Positions 27,483 to 37,096 of a DNA stretch of 64,000 nt are shown here, one piece after another. Each line of letters begins with the position of its first letter. The first letter of the stretch is position 1. The stretch comes from an uncultured bacterium. GTDB taxonomy: Bacteria; Patescibacteriota; Patescibacteriia; Patescibacteriales; UBA12465. Location: assembly GCA_903874345.1 (NCBI GenBank), contig CAIQRY010000065.1, positions 2,679-66,678 of the forward strand, given 5' to 3'. The position numbers and the translations under genes were made by a program. The notes below the pieces were generated by a model. That model was not told the DNA's origin, made no database searches, and saw only the letters and a list, made by a program, of their open reading frames with translations.

Positions 27483-28580
27483 TTAATTTTTCTTTAACCA
27501 ACGCAGATAGGCTTCCATAAACGGTTCCAAATCACCGTCTAAAACCGCATCAACGTTGGAATTTTCAAAATTCGTCCGATGATCTTTAACTAAACGATTG
27601 CCATAAAGAAAATACGACCGTATTTGCCGTCCCCATTCCGCCTTAGTTAATTCTCCCTTAAGTTCCCTTTCCTCGCTCTCCTTGGCCGTGAGCGCTAATT
27701 GATATAATTTGGTTTTTAAAATCTTTAAGGCGTTCTCCTTATTCTGACGCTGCGAGCGTTCGCTCTGGCAGGAAACCGTGATGCCGGTTGGCAAATGGAC
27801 TAAGCGCACGGCCGAGTCCGTCGTATTCACGCTTTGGCCGCCCGGCCCGCTCGAACGAAAAACATCAATACGTAAATCTTCTTCTTTAATCACAATTTCA
27901 CCGTCATCTTTTAATTCCGGAATAACTTCGACTAAAGCAAAAGAAGTCTGCCGCAAACCATCGGCATTAAAGGGCGAATTACGTAGTAAGCGATGCACGC
28001 CGTTCTCGCTTTTCAAATAACCATAAGCATAGGGCCCGGCGACACGCAGCACTACACTCTTTACTCCCGCCTCATTCCCATAAACCTGATCAAGCACTTC
28101 AGTTTGCCAATTCTCACGTTCCGCAAAGCGTAAGTACATCCGTTCTAAAATCTGCGCCCAATCCTGGGCGTCTACACCGCCTGTACCGGCGTGAATTGCC
28201 AGTAAGGCGTTATCATGGTCATACTTCTCGGAAAACAAGGCCAAGAACTCAAGATGCGCAAACTTTTTTAATAATTCTTCGTATTTTTTTTCTAACTCCT
28301 CGGTTAAATCTCCACCGCCCTCTTTCTGCGCCAAGGCCGCGATTTCTTCGAGCTCCCTAATCTCTTTTTCCATCAGTAACCAATCTTTTATTTCCGAAGC
28401 TAAGCCTTCTGTTTCCTGACCGGTTTTAACCGCCGCTTCTCGGTCATTCCAAAAATCCGGCGCACTCATTTTAAGGCGCAATTCCTGTTCGACGACGATC
28501 TTTCGATCAATTTCCAAAAGCGCCTTCGTTTTCAAAAAGCGTTCCCGTAAATCTTCTAGTTTTCTTAGGAGATTCTCCAT
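27483..28580 (-). CDS. prfB: Peptide chain release factor 2
   Basis: SPF recognition motif, GPGGQSVN, WGRQIRSY; continuous ORF. Confidence 0.97.
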   Translation of the reverse strand: MENLLRKLEDLRERFLKTKALLEIDRKIVVEQELRLKMSAPDFWNDREAAVKTGQETEGLASEIKDWLLMEKEIRELEEIAALAQKEGGGDLTEELEKKYEELLKKFAHLEFLALFSEKYDHDNALLAIHAGTGGVDAQDWAQILERMYLRFAERENWQTEVLDQVYGNEAGVKSVVLRVAGPYAYGYLKSENGVHRLLRNSPFNADGLRQTSFALVEVIPELKDDGEIVIKEEDLRIDVFRSSGPGGQSVNTTDSAVRLVHLPTGITVSCQSERSQRQNKENALKILKTKLYQLALTAKESEERELKGELTKAEWGRQIRSYFLYGNRLVKDHRTNFENSNVDAVLDGDLEPFMEAYLRWLKKN

Positions 28581-28596
28581 ATGCTTAAATTATAAC

Positions 28597-28625
28597 AAAA
28601 AAACACCCTAGTAAATAGGGTGTTT
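28597..28625 (-). terminator. Intrinsic terminator after TonB-domain gene
   Basis: AAACACCCTA/TAGGGTGTTT. Confidence 0.7.
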
Positions 28626-28660
28626 GTTCTAGAGAAAACTCAAGCTTTGTGCCTTAATAG

Positions 28661-29068
28661 CTAGCTGAGTTTGAATTGGACGGGCAAAACCAGCATGGTT
28701 TTAACCGGTTTTCCTTTGTCTTCACCAGGAGACCATTTAGGCATAGCCGCCACCTTTTTCAATACGACCTGGTTGCAATCGCCGGTTAAGCCTCTTAACA
28801 CCTTAGCATCCGTAACCTGGCCGGTTTCATCCACTACGAATTGGATAAACACTTTTCCTTGAATTTTTTTGTCTTTGGCCCATTGCGGATATTCAATGGT
28901 TGATAAATAATCAGCCAGTGCCTGATCACCGCCGACAAATTGTGGCATCTTTTCCGGACGCAAATAGACTTCACTTACCTTAGCGTGCTGGCAGCTGGTG
29001 AAAACGAGGGCTGTGATCATGATCACCAACCCTAACATAATTTTAATGTGCTTTTTAATCTTTTTCAT
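28661..29068 (-). CDS. Lipoprotein with TonB C-terminal domain
   Basis: Lipobox FTSC; PEKMPQFVGG, YPQWA...IQGKVFIQFVVDETG, MPKWSPG...GKPV...LPVQF. Confidence 0.85.
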   Translation of the reverse strand: MKKIKKHIKIMLGLVIMITALVFTSCQHAKVSEVYLRPEKMPQFVGGDQALADYLSTIEYPQWAKDKKIQGKVFIQFVVDETGQVTDAKVLRGLTGDCNQVVLKKVAAMPKWSPGEDKGKPVKTMLVLPVQFKLS

Positions 29069-29127
29069 GACAACCTTGTTTTACGGGGTTTAGATTTTAA
29101 TAATACCGCCAAATTCCCTTTTTTGTC

Positions 29128-29161
29128 AAAAAAAGAACCTCGGAAAACCGAGGCTCTTTTT
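29128..29161 (-). terminator. Terminator of rplM-rpsI
   Basis: AAAGAACCTCGG...CCGAGGCTCTTT hairpin with A/T tracts. Confidence 0.72.
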
Positions 29162-29184
29162 GATATGTAAATTGGAATAGATTT

Positions 29185-29715
29185 TTAACGCTTGCTCCAT
29201 TGCGGGGCTTTTCTGGCCTTGCGTAAACCCGGTTTCTTTCTTTCGACTTGTCTCGGATCGCGAGTTAAGAAGTTATTAACCTTTAAGGCTTCTTTGGTTG
29301 CCGGATCATAGGCAAAAATAGCGCGCGCAATCCCTAAACGAACGGCGCCAATCTGACCAGACTTGCCACCGCCAGAGACGACCACGGAAAAATTAAAATC
29401 GCGACTATGACCAGTAACTTTTAAAGGTTGCGTAATTAAATTAAAACCTTCGCCCGGAAAATACTGATGCGCCCGTTTACCATTAATGATAATAAAGCCT
29501 TTGCCGTCTTCATATAAGCGCACCTGAGCCGCCGCTTGTTTGCGCCGACCGACCGCCTTAGTATATTTACCGGTAAATTCCACCGGATCATTACCAAGCG
29601 GCATAAAATCCTTTTCTTCCGGTAAATCCGTAACCGCCACTTCGCCGATTTCGCGAACTGGTTTAACGATTTTAATTTCTTTTACTGGTTTGCCTTTTAT
29701 TTTCTGATTGGCCAT
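29185..29715 (-). CDS. rpsI: 30S ribosomal protein S9 with N-terminal extension
   Basis: GRRK, GGGKSGQ, TRDPRQVERKKPG, QWSKR. Confidence 0.97.
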   Translation of the reverse strand: MANQKIKGKPVKEIKIVKPVREIGEVAVTDLPEEKDFMPLGNDPVEFTGKYTKAVGRRKQAAAQVRLYEDGKGFIIINGKRAHQYFPGEGFNLITQPLKVTGHSRDFNFSVVVSGGGKSGQIGAVRLGIARAIFAYDPATKEALKVNNFLTRDPRQVERKKPGLRKARKAPQWSKR

Positions 29716-29716
29716 A

Positions 29717-30073
29717 TTATTTGATAATTAATCTTTTCAGCATGCCGATGCGCAGTTTCGTGTCCGGTAACATTTCGCGAACGGCGCGGTATAAAACTTC
29801 GCCCGGATTCTTAGCATAGATATCCGACATCTTGCGTGTTTTGAGCCCGCCCAAATAACCGGAAAAATGATAATACTGTTTCTGATTTAATTTTTTACCG
29901 GTAAATTTTAACTTCGTGATGTTTGACACTTCGACAATATCGCCCAAATCTAAATGAGCTTGATATTCCGGTTTATGCTTGCCGCGAAGTAAGGTAGCGA
30001 CTCTGGTCGCCAGACGGCCAACCGACTGATCAGTGGCATCGAGTTTCTGAAGTTTTCTTTCAATATTTTTCAT
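29717..30073 (-). CDS. rplM: 50S ribosomal protein L13
   Basis: GRLATRVA..LRGKHKP, SGYLGG, AVREMLP; short C-terminus. Confidence 0.96.
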   Translation of the reverse strand: MKNIERKLQKLDATDQSVGRLATRVATLLRGKHKPEYQAHLDLGDIVEVSNITKLKFTGKKLNQKQYYHFSGYLGGLKTRKMSDIYAKNPGEVLYRAVREMLPDTKLRIGMLKRLIIK

Positions 30074-30077
30074 ATAA

Positions 30078-30428
30078 TTAAACTAATTCAATTTGGACCA
30101 TCTCGGCGCCGTCACCCTGGCGATTGCCTAATTTGACTAAACGGGTATAGCCGCCCTGGCGATCTTTATATCTCGCGCCCAAAACTTCCATCGCTTTCTT
30201 GACGGCGTTCTTTTGCAGCAAGACTTTAATTAAACCGCGACGCGCACTTAAATTGCCGACTTTAGCGGCGGTAATTGAACGTTCCACTAAACTGCGAACC
30301 GCTTTCGCTTTAGCACTCGTCGTTTTCACTTTTTCGTATAATAAAATACTGGAGGCCAAATTGCGTAACATCAGTTCGCGGGGGCCCTTCTGTCGATCCA
30401 GAATTTTGTTTTTATTACGGTGTCTCAT
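30078..30428 (-). CDS. rplQ: 50S ribosomal protein L17
   Basis: MRHR, TTSAKAK, GGYTR, RQGDGAEM. Confidence 0.97.
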   Translation of the reverse strand: MRHRNKNKILDRQKGPRELMLRNLASSILLYEKVKTTSAKAKAVRSLVERSITAAKVGNLSARRGLIKVLLQKNAVKKAMEVLGARYKDRQGGYTRLVKLGNRQGDGAEMVQIELV

Positions 30429-30448
30429 ATAACGGATTAATTAACGGA

Positions 30449-31291
30449 TTATTTTTTAGTTTTTTTCTCTTTTTTAACTTTTTCTTTTTTAACTTTTTTA
30501 TCTTCTTTGGTTTTAGTTTCCGTTTCTTCCTCTTCAACCGAGGTCGCGCCAATAATTTCATCTTCGACTGCTTCTTCTGCGGCGACGGTCGTTTCCTCGC
30601 TTTCCGCCTTCGGCAGTAAAGCATTGAACTGTTCGACTAAAATTTCCGTGGCGCGGTTAAACGCCTCTTCCGGTTTAATCGTCCCGTCGGTCTTAACATT
30701 TAAAATCAATTTATCCCAGTTCGTCATTTTACCGACGCGGGTATTTTCGACATTAATACTAACTAAAATAACCGGGGAAAAAATCGAATCAATTTCAATA
30801 TAACCAATTTCCCGATTTTCTTTCTTCGTGCCTTCCGACATCTTATAGCCGCGGCCTTCTTTAACAAAGATTTCCGCTTCCAAACTACCGGCTTCATCCG
30901 TAATATGAGCAATGACCAAATCCGGGTTCTTAATTTCGACCTGGGAATTTTTAGCAATATCGCCAGCCGTAATTGTTTTTTTGCCCTTAACTTTTAAATC
31001 TAAACGAATTTCTTCTTCCGTAAAGACCTTAAAGCGTATTTGTTTCAAATTTAAAATAATTTCTAGAACATCCTCTTTGACATGAGGGAGAGCCATAAAC
31101 TCATGACTGGCGCCTTTGATTTTCGCACCGATAACCGCGGCTCCTGGTAAAGATGATAATAAAACGCGGCGCAAGGAATTACCCAGCGTCATACCGTAGC
31201 CCGGAAATAAGGGCTCGACCGTAATAATCCCTTCATGGGGACCATTACCGGCTTTAAAATCAATTTTTTTAGGATTGGCGATGTTTTGCAT
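30449..31291 (-). CDS. rpoA: RNA polymerase alpha subunit lacking canonical CTD
   Basis: EPLFPGYGMTLGNSLRRVLLSSLPG, HEF, IDSIFSPV, TDGTIKP; charged low-complexity tail. Confidence 0.95.
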   Translation of the reverse strand: MQNIANPKKIDFKAGNGPHEGIITVEPLFPGYGMTLGNSLRRVLLSSLPGAAVIGAKIKGASHEFMALPHVKEDVLEIILNLKQIRFKVFTEEEIRLDLKVKGKKTITAGDIAKNSQVEIKNPDLVIAHITDEAGSLEAEIFVKEGRGYKMSEGTKKENREIGYIEIDSIFSPVILVSINVENTRVGKMTNWDKLILNVKTDGTIKPEEAFNRATEILVEQFNALLPKAESEETTVAAEEAVEDEIIGATSVEEEETETKTKEDKKVKKEKVKKEKKTKK

Positions 31292-31298
31292 ATGTTTT

Positions 31299-31928
31299 TT
31301 ATTTTGAGTAATACTCAATAATCATTTGCACATTTAAATTTTGCGGCAAATCCTGATCTTGCGGCTCATGCAGAACTTTGGCGCTTAAATCCGTCACGTC
31401 AAAATTCAACCAGCTCGGCCGTTGCGCTTTTTTTAACTTCTCGCCTAAATTTTTAAAATAGCGATTATTCTGCTTAGTCTTTTTAATCTTAATGACCTGG
31501 CCTAATTTAACCGTCATCGAGGCCGTGCTCGCCTTACGATCATTAACCGTAAAATGACCATGAGTGACGAGCTGTCTCGCCTGCGCGCGAGAGGTCGCCC
31601 AACCGAGGCGGTAAATGACGTTGTCGAGGCGCATTTCGAGCAAGCGTAAAAAGTTTTTACCGGCATCACCCTGTTTCTTTTTAGCTCTCTCAAAAGTCAA
31701 ACTTAATTGTTTTTCAAATAAGCCATAATATTTTTTGGCTTTCTGTTTCTCCTGTAATTGCAAACCGTAGTCGCTCAAACGCTTATGTCCTTTGGGGCCA
31801 TGAAAACCCGGCGCATAGTTGCGTTTAATGATCGCGCATTTCGGACCTAAGCAGCGTTCGCCTTTTAAGAAAAGCTTTTCGCCCGCCCGACGGCATTGCT
31901 TGCATTTATTATCGATATTTCTACCCAT
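31299..31928 (-). CDS. rpsD: 30S ribosomal protein S4
   Basis: CKQCRRAGEKLFLKGERC, QLQEKQK, LEMRLDN, ARQLVTHGH. Confidence 0.98.
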   Translation of the reverse strand: MGRNIDNKCKQCRRAGEKLFLKGERCLGPKCAIIKRNYAPGFHGPKGHKRLSDYGLQLQEKQKAKKYYGLFEKQLSLTFERAKKKQGDAGKNFLRLLEMRLDNVIYRLGWATSRAQARQLVTHGHFTVNDRKASTASMTVKLGQVIKIKKTKQNNRYFKNLGEKLKKAQRPSWLNFDVTDLSAKVLHEPQDQDLPQNLNVQMIIEYYSK

Positions 31929-31945
31929 AAGATTATAAATTTAAA

Positions 31946-32500
31946 TTAGACGCGACGTGGTTTCTTCGGCCGGCAACCATTATGCGGTACCGGGGTAATA
32001 TCCTTAATCGCGGTCACTTCTAAGCCATTGGCATTTAAAGCGCGGATGGCCGCTTCACGACCAGTGCCGACACCGGAAACAAAAACGCTGACTTCCTGTA
32101 AACCATATTCTTCTTTCGCTTTCTGCGTCGCAATTTTAGTAATAATTTGCGCGGCATAAGGGGTCGCTTTTTTTGCGCCCTTAAATCCGGCTAAACCCGC
32201 ACTTGCCCAAGAAATCACATCGCCATTCGTATCGGTTAAGGTCACCATCGTGTTATTATAAGTCGCCTGAACATAAGCCCGGCCGACTTTAACAATCTTG
32301 GCGGTCTTTTTCTTTTTCTTCTTGATTAATTTTTTCTTGGCGCGCGCCTGTTTATTCTTTTCCAGTTTCTGTTTGATTTCTTCCGGCAGTTCTTCGCTCG
32401 TGGTATCAAAAGAAAACTCGCTTTCGCGTTCTTCTTTGACTTCCTCGACCGGGGCCTTAGGCGTCGCCTTGATTTCTTCGGATTTTATTTCGTCAGACAT
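31946..32500 (-). CDS. rpsK: 30S ribosomal protein S11 with long N-terminal extension
   Basis: [27 protein letters not shown]. Confidence 0.97.
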   Translation of the reverse strand: MSDEIKSEEIKATPKAPVEEVKEERESEFSFDTTSEELPEEIKQKLEKNKQARAKKKLIKKKKKKTAKIVKVGRAYVQATYNNTMVTLTDTNGDVISWASAGLAGFKGAKKATPYAAQIITKIATQKAKEEYGLQEVSVFVSGVGTGREAAIRALNANGLEVTAIKDITPVPHNGCRPKKPRRV

Positions 32501-32523
32501 ATTAAAAATCTGTATTAATTATT

Positions 32524-32919
32524 TTAGGTTTTCTGTAAACCAGCTTTTGACTTACCGCTACCCATGGTCACGCGCTTATTGCCGCGAACCGTTCGGCTAT
32601 TTGTCTTAGTTCTTTGACCGCGAACCGGCAAATGACGAGCATGACGTAAACCGCGGTAGCTGCCAATTTCCTTTAACCGTTTGATATTGGATTGCACTTC
32701 GCGACGCAAATCGCCCTCGACCGTGTACTTCTTTTCCACGATTTCTCTTAAGCGATTAGTTTCGTCTTCTTTTAAATCTTTAACCCTGATGTTCTTATCA
32801 ACCTTAGCGTCAGCCAAAATCACGTTCGAACGCGTGCGGCCGATGCCGTGGATATAGGTTAAAGCGATTTCGATTCTTTTGTCATTGGGAATATTGACTC
32901 CCGCAATTCTTACTGCCAT
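32524..32919 (-). CDS. rpsM: 30S ribosomal protein S13
   Basis: [27 protein letters not shown]. Confidence 0.98.
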   Translation of the reverse strand: MAVRIAGVNIPNDKRIEIALTYIHGIGRTRSNVILADAKVDKNIRVKDLKEDETNRLREIVEKKYTVEGDLRREVQSNIKRLKEIGSYRGLRHARHLPVRGQRTKTNSRTVRGNKRVTMGSGKSKAGLQKT

Positions 32920-32931
32920 AGATATAAAAAA

Positions 32932-33045
32932 TTACCCCTGTCTTTGTTTATGTTTGGGGTTCTTGCAAATTACGCGGACCCGGCCTTTACGGCGGACGAC
33001 TTTGCAGTCTTTGCAGATTGGTTTAGCACTAGCTCTTACTTTCAT
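32932..33045 (-). CDS. rpmJ: 50S ribosomal protein L36
   Basis: Manual translation [37 protein letters not shown] (below ORF-track cutoff). Confidence 0.96.
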   Translation of the reverse strand: MKVRASAKPICKDCKVVRRKGRVRVICKNPKHKQRQG

Positions 33046-33063
33046 AGTATATCCAATTATTTA

Positions 33064-33321
33064 TTACAAACGGTAAATGATCCGGCCCTTAGTCAGGTCA
33101 TAAGGGCTGATTTGCAGCTTAACCTTATCACCGGGGAGGAGCCGAATCTTATTCATTCGCATTTTTCCGGACAAATGGGCGAAAACTTCGTGACCATTCT
33201 CAATAACCACCCGGAAACTGGCGGCCGGCATGAGCTCAACCACTTCGCCCTGGATTTCAATGAAGTCCTTGGCGTTTAAAGTGACTGAATCATTACTGTT
33301 TTTTTCAATTTCGTTTGACAT
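33064..33321 (-). CDS. infA: Translation initiation factor IF-1
   Basis: [33 protein letters not shown]. Confidence 0.96.
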   Translation of the reverse strand: MSNEIEKNSNDSVTLNAKDFIEIQGEVVELMPAASFRVVIENGHEVFAHLSGKMRMNKIRLLPGDKVKLQISPYDLTKGRIIYRL

Positions 33322-33464
33322 TAACACAAAAAAATTTGATAAAGACTTTAGGCGCCTTATCAAAATTTCTTTATAAAATATTTAGCTTTTTTATAATAAT
33401 ATTCTTAATAAAACTATTATAGGGATAAGCGCCTCGGTTGTCAAGAGTTCGGGCTGGAAATAAT

Positions 33465-33494
33465 AAAAAATCCGTTTTTTGAGAAAAAACGGAT
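33465..33494 (-). terminator. Intrinsic terminator
   Basis: ATCCGTTTTTT/AAAAAACGGAT stem plus T-tract on minus strand. Confidence 0.65.
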
Positions 33495-33515
33495 AAAAAC
33501 TAGCTTCTTTTCCGG

Positions 33516-34037
33516 TTATTTCGCGTTTTTTGCGAAATAAGGATAATAGGATCCTGACCGCTCTTTATCTCCACGAGCATAGATTGTATCGCCTTTGATA
33601 AAGCTATGCTCGGAAAACATGAGACTGACATAAAAGGAGCCACCTGCCTCCGTGGAGTGCCAAGGTGCCCAAGTCGGATAACCTCCGAAATAGCAGAGAC
33701 ATTTTCCCCACTCGGCTGGAAAAATTTTTGCCTGAGTTTGGTTGGCGGCAATCTCTTCGACTCTGTTTTTCAGGAATTCCAGTTCAGCACTGCTCCCAAG
33801 CTCGGGAATATAAGAAACTCTCAGCGCCAGGCGATGCCCCTCGAAAAAGACCAGACAAACATCGCGACCGTTATATTGGCAATAAGGGATGACCATCTCG
33901 TCGTTTCCTGTATTAACTTTATAAACGGTTTGTTTCTGGTTTGGTTTCTCGCTGTTTTTAATAAAATAAACAGCAATTAAAGTGAATACTGCAATTGGGA
34001 TAGCTACGCGGACAAAAAAAATGAGAATACGGTTCAT
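33516..34037 (-). CDS. Hypothetical N-terminally membrane-anchored protein
   Basis: 173 aa, one N-terminal hydrophobic helix; own promoter and terminator. Confidence 0.7.
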   Translation of the reverse strand: MNRILIFFVRVAIPIAVFTLIAVYFIKNSEKPNQKQTVYKVNTGNDEMVIPYCQYNGRDVCLVFFEGHRLALRVSYIPELGSSAELEFLKNRVEEIAANQTQAKIFPAEWGKCLCYFGGYPTWAPWHSTEAGGSFYVSLMFSEHSFIKGDTIYARGDKERSGSYYPYFAKNAK

Positions 34038-34082
34038 GACACTTATGATTTAGGTTAATATTTTTTTTAAAAAACTAATAAA

Positions 34083-34111
34083 ATTATATCACTTTTTAAT
34101 ATAATTGTCAA
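34083..34111 (-). promoter_or_regulatory. Consensus sigma70 promoter
   Basis: TTGACA-17 nt-TATAAT with TG extension. Confidence 0.8.
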
Positions 34112-34187
34112 TAAAAGGAGGGTCTAACAAATAAAAAATGGCTTATCTTAGCCATTTTTTTATTATAAATACCTTGTATATCCCAAT

Positions 34188-35954
34188 TTATTCCAAAACC
34201 GCCTTAATTCGTCTTACTCCTGAGCTCGAGGCTTCCTCTTTTTGAATCTTGAAATGACCGAGCGCTCCGGTATGGGTGACATGCGGACCGCCGCAGATTT
34301 CTTTTGAATAATCAGCAATCGTATAGACCTTAACTTTCTCGCCATACTTTGAATCAAAAACACCCATCGCGCCCCGCTCTTTTGCTTCGTTAAGTGACAT
34401 CTCGGTCATAACGACCGGCCAATCGTGACTAATCGCGTCGTTAACCAAGGCCTCGACTTGTGCAATCTGCTCCGGCGTCATCTTTTCGGGATGCGAAAAA
34501 TCTAAACGTAGTCTTTCCGGCGTAATATTGCTTCCCTTCTGCGTCACATGCTCGCCCAAGACTTTTCGGAGCGCGGCAATCATCAAATGCGCCGCGGTAT
34601 GTAGTTTTGTCGTTTCTTCTCCGCCATCCGCCAAACCGCCCTTGAATTTTCCGGCCGCGGCCGTGCGCGAAAGGTCTTGATGTTTTTTAAGTTCGGCTTC
34701 AAAGCCGGCACGATCAACGCTCATCTTATTTTCTTTGGCTAGTTCTTCGGTTATCTCTAAAGGAAAGCCATAACTCTGATATAACATAAAAGCTTCGGCG
34801 CCGCTAATTTCCTTGCCCGTTATTTTTTTAAATTCTAATAAACCTTTTTCTAAAGTCCGATCAAACTTTTCTTCTTCTTTATCTAAATTATCAAGGATAA
34901 AATTCTTATTCCTAATTAATTCCGGATAGACCTGGCCATAATCCTTAATCACGACCAAAGCGATTTCCTTGGTCCAAAGATTTTGTTTAATCCCTAATTG
35001 CCGGCCGTAGCGAATCGCCCGGCGAATCAAGCGGCGGATAATATAACCTTGATCCGTATTGGACGGCGTTAGTCCGCGGTCATCACCGATTAAAAAAGTC
35101 GCGGCTTTGATATGATCGCTAATGACGCGCATCGCCTTTTTTGTTTCTTCGTTCTCATTATATTTATGCCCGCTTAATTCCTCGACCTTAGTAATTAAAT
35201 TAGAAAATAAATCAGTCTGATAATTATCATCAAAACCGTTTAAAACCGCGATTGTTCTTTCTAAGCCTAAACCCGTATCCACATTCTTCTGAACAAGCGG
35301 TTCGAAATGGCCGCCCCCCTGCTTATTATATTCCATGAAGACATTATTCCAGATTTCAACCCAGAGTTCGCTATCATCATTAAAGCCTACCGGCACATTT
35401 TTAGCGTCCCCAGCGAAGTAAAAAATTTCCGTATCCGGGCCGCAGGGTCCGGTTAAGCCAGCCGGTCCCCACCAATTATTTTTTTTCGGTAATTTCGCAA
35501 TCCGCTTGGCGTCGACTCCTAAGGATAGCCATAAGTCATATGACTCCTGATCAAAAGGCGCATCAGCGTCACCCTTAAAAACAGAAACGGCCAAACGGTT
35601 CTTATCTAAATTCAGCCACTGAGGAGAAGTTAAAAACTCCCAACTCCATTTAATCGAGTCCGTTTTAAAATAATCGCCAAAAGACCAATTACCCATCATC
35701 TCAAAAAACGTATGATGCTTAGCGTCGCCGACCTCGTCGATATCATCGGTCCGCAAACATTTCTGGGCGCTCGTGAGGCGTCGGCCAACCGGATGCGCCG
35801 TGCCCATTAAATATGGAACGAGCGGATGCATGCCCGCGGTCGTAAACAAGACAGTCGGATCGTTTTCCGGAATTAAAGAAGCACTCGTAATTACGGCGTG
35901 TCCCTTAGTCTTAAAAAAATTTAAATAATTTTGTCTTAATTCTCCTGAAGTCAT
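34188..35954 (-). CDS. alaS: Alanyl-tRNA synthetase, short form without C-Ala domain
   Basis: DPTVLFTTAGM, HHTFFEM, DTGLGLER, editing HTAAH/CGGPH, ends at GVRRIKAV. Confidence 0.96.
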   Translation of the reverse strand: MTSGELRQNYLNFFKTKGHAVITSASLIPENDPTVLFTTAGMHPLVPYLMGTAHPVGRRLTSAQKCLRTDDIDEVGDAKHHTFFEMMGNWSFGDYFKTDSIKWSWEFLTSPQWLNLDKNRLAVSVFKGDADAPFDQESYDLWLSLGVDAKRIAKLPKKNNWWGPAGLTGPCGPDTEIFYFAGDAKNVPVGFNDDSELWVEIWNNVFMEYNKQGGGHFEPLVQKNVDTGLGLERTIAVLNGFDDNYQTDLFSNLITKVEELSGHKYNENEETKKAMRVISDHIKAATFLIGDDRGLTPSNTDQGYIIRRLIRRAIRYGRQLGIKQNLWTKEIALVVIKDYGQVYPELIRNKNFILDNLDKEEEKFDRTLEKGLLEFKKITGKEISGAEAFMLYQSYGFPLEITEELAKENKMSVDRAGFEAELKKHQDLSRTAAAGKFKGGLADGGEETTKLHTAAHLMIAALRKVLGEHVTQKGSNITPERLRLDFSHPEKMTPEQIAQVEALVNDAISHDWPVVMTEMSLNEAKERGAMGVFDSKYGEKVKVYTIADYSKEICGGPHVTHTGALGHFKIQKEEASSSGVRRIKAVLE

Positions 35955-35972
35955 ATGTTTATGATATTGGTT

Positions 35973-36992
35973 TTATATTATCCTAACTTCCTCTTCTAAA
36001 TCAATCCCGAACTTTCTTTTCACAGCCGCCTTAACTTTTCGGCTTAAGGCGAGAACGTGTTTGGCTTCCGCCGCGCCGTGATTAACTAAAATCAAAGCTT
36101 GTTTAGCATACATGGAAACCGGTCCGATTTTTTTACCTTTAAAGCCGGCTTGTTCGATTAACCAGCCCGCCGGAATCTTTACTTTATTTTTTGTGGCCGG
36201 GAAATTCGGCAGTTGCGGATATTTCTTTAATAAATTTTTAAACTTAACCCTGCTAATTTCCGCATTCTTAAAAAAGGAGCCGGCGTTAGGCAGGAGTGCG
36301 GGGTTTGGTAATTTACTAGTCCGGATTTCTTGAATAGTTCGAATAACGTCGCGGCAGTAGGGCTCTTTAATCCCTTGTTCTAATAATTTCTCGCGAATCG
36401 ATCCGTAATCTAATTTAAAATCAGGCGTTGTTTTTAATTTAACGGTCACGGCGTAAATAAAATACTTATTTTTCAAGCGATGTTTAAAAACGCTGTCGCG
36501 ATAACCGAACTCGCAATCGCGGGCCGCAAAAATCTTTTCATGACCAGTCTTAAGATCAAGGGCTCGCAGATGATAAAAATAATCTTTGAGTTCGACGCCG
36601 TAAGCGCCAATATTTTGAATCGGCGCCGCGCCGACCGTGCCATAGATTAAAAATAAATTTTCTAAACCGTACAAATCCCGCTCGACCGTAAAATTAACGA
36701 AGCGCGACCAATTCTCTCCGGACTTCGCTTCTATGAGAGCATAGTCCTCATTTTTTTCAATCACTTCAATCCCCCGAATTTCATTTTTCAAAACCAAGCC
36801 ACGGATTTTCTTCGTAATCAGGATATTTGAACCGCCGCCTAAGATAACGAGTGGTTTCTTATTTAATTTTGACCAGGCGATTGCTTCTAGGACCTCTTCC
36901 CGGCTTTTGACTACAGCAAAAAACTCGGCCTGGGAGCCGATTTTGAAGGTTGTATAGGGCGCCAAGGCCACATTTTCCTGAATCTTCAGCAT
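35973..36992 (-). CDS. murB: UDP-N-acetylenolpyruvoylglucosamine reductase
   Basis: GGGSNIL, QNIGAYG, FGYRDS, NAGSFFKN, QALILVN. Confidence 0.96.
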   Translation of the reverse strand: MLKIQENVALAPYTTFKIGSQAEFFAVVKSREEVLEAIAWSKLNKKPLVILGGGSNILITKKIRGLVLKNEIRGIEVIEKNEDYALIEAKSGENWSRFVNFTVERDLYGLENLFLIYGTVGAAPIQNIGAYGVELKDYFYHLRALDLKTGHEKIFAARDCEFGYRDSVFKHRLKNKYFIYAVTVKLKTTPDFKLDYGSIREKLLEQGIKEPYCRDVIRTIQEIRTSKLPNPALLPNAGSFFKNAEISRVKFKNLLKKYPQLPNFPATKNKVKIPAGWLIEQAGFKGKKIGPVSMYAKQALILVNHGAAEAKHVLALSRKVKAAVKRKFGIDLEEEVRII

Positions 36993-37096
36993 GGTTTAAT
37001 TATAGTAAATCAAACTGGATTAGTAAAATAAAAAAGCCCTGGAACGAATTCCAAGGCTCGAAAGCGATTCTAATAAACACTCATTATAAGTGCCTG

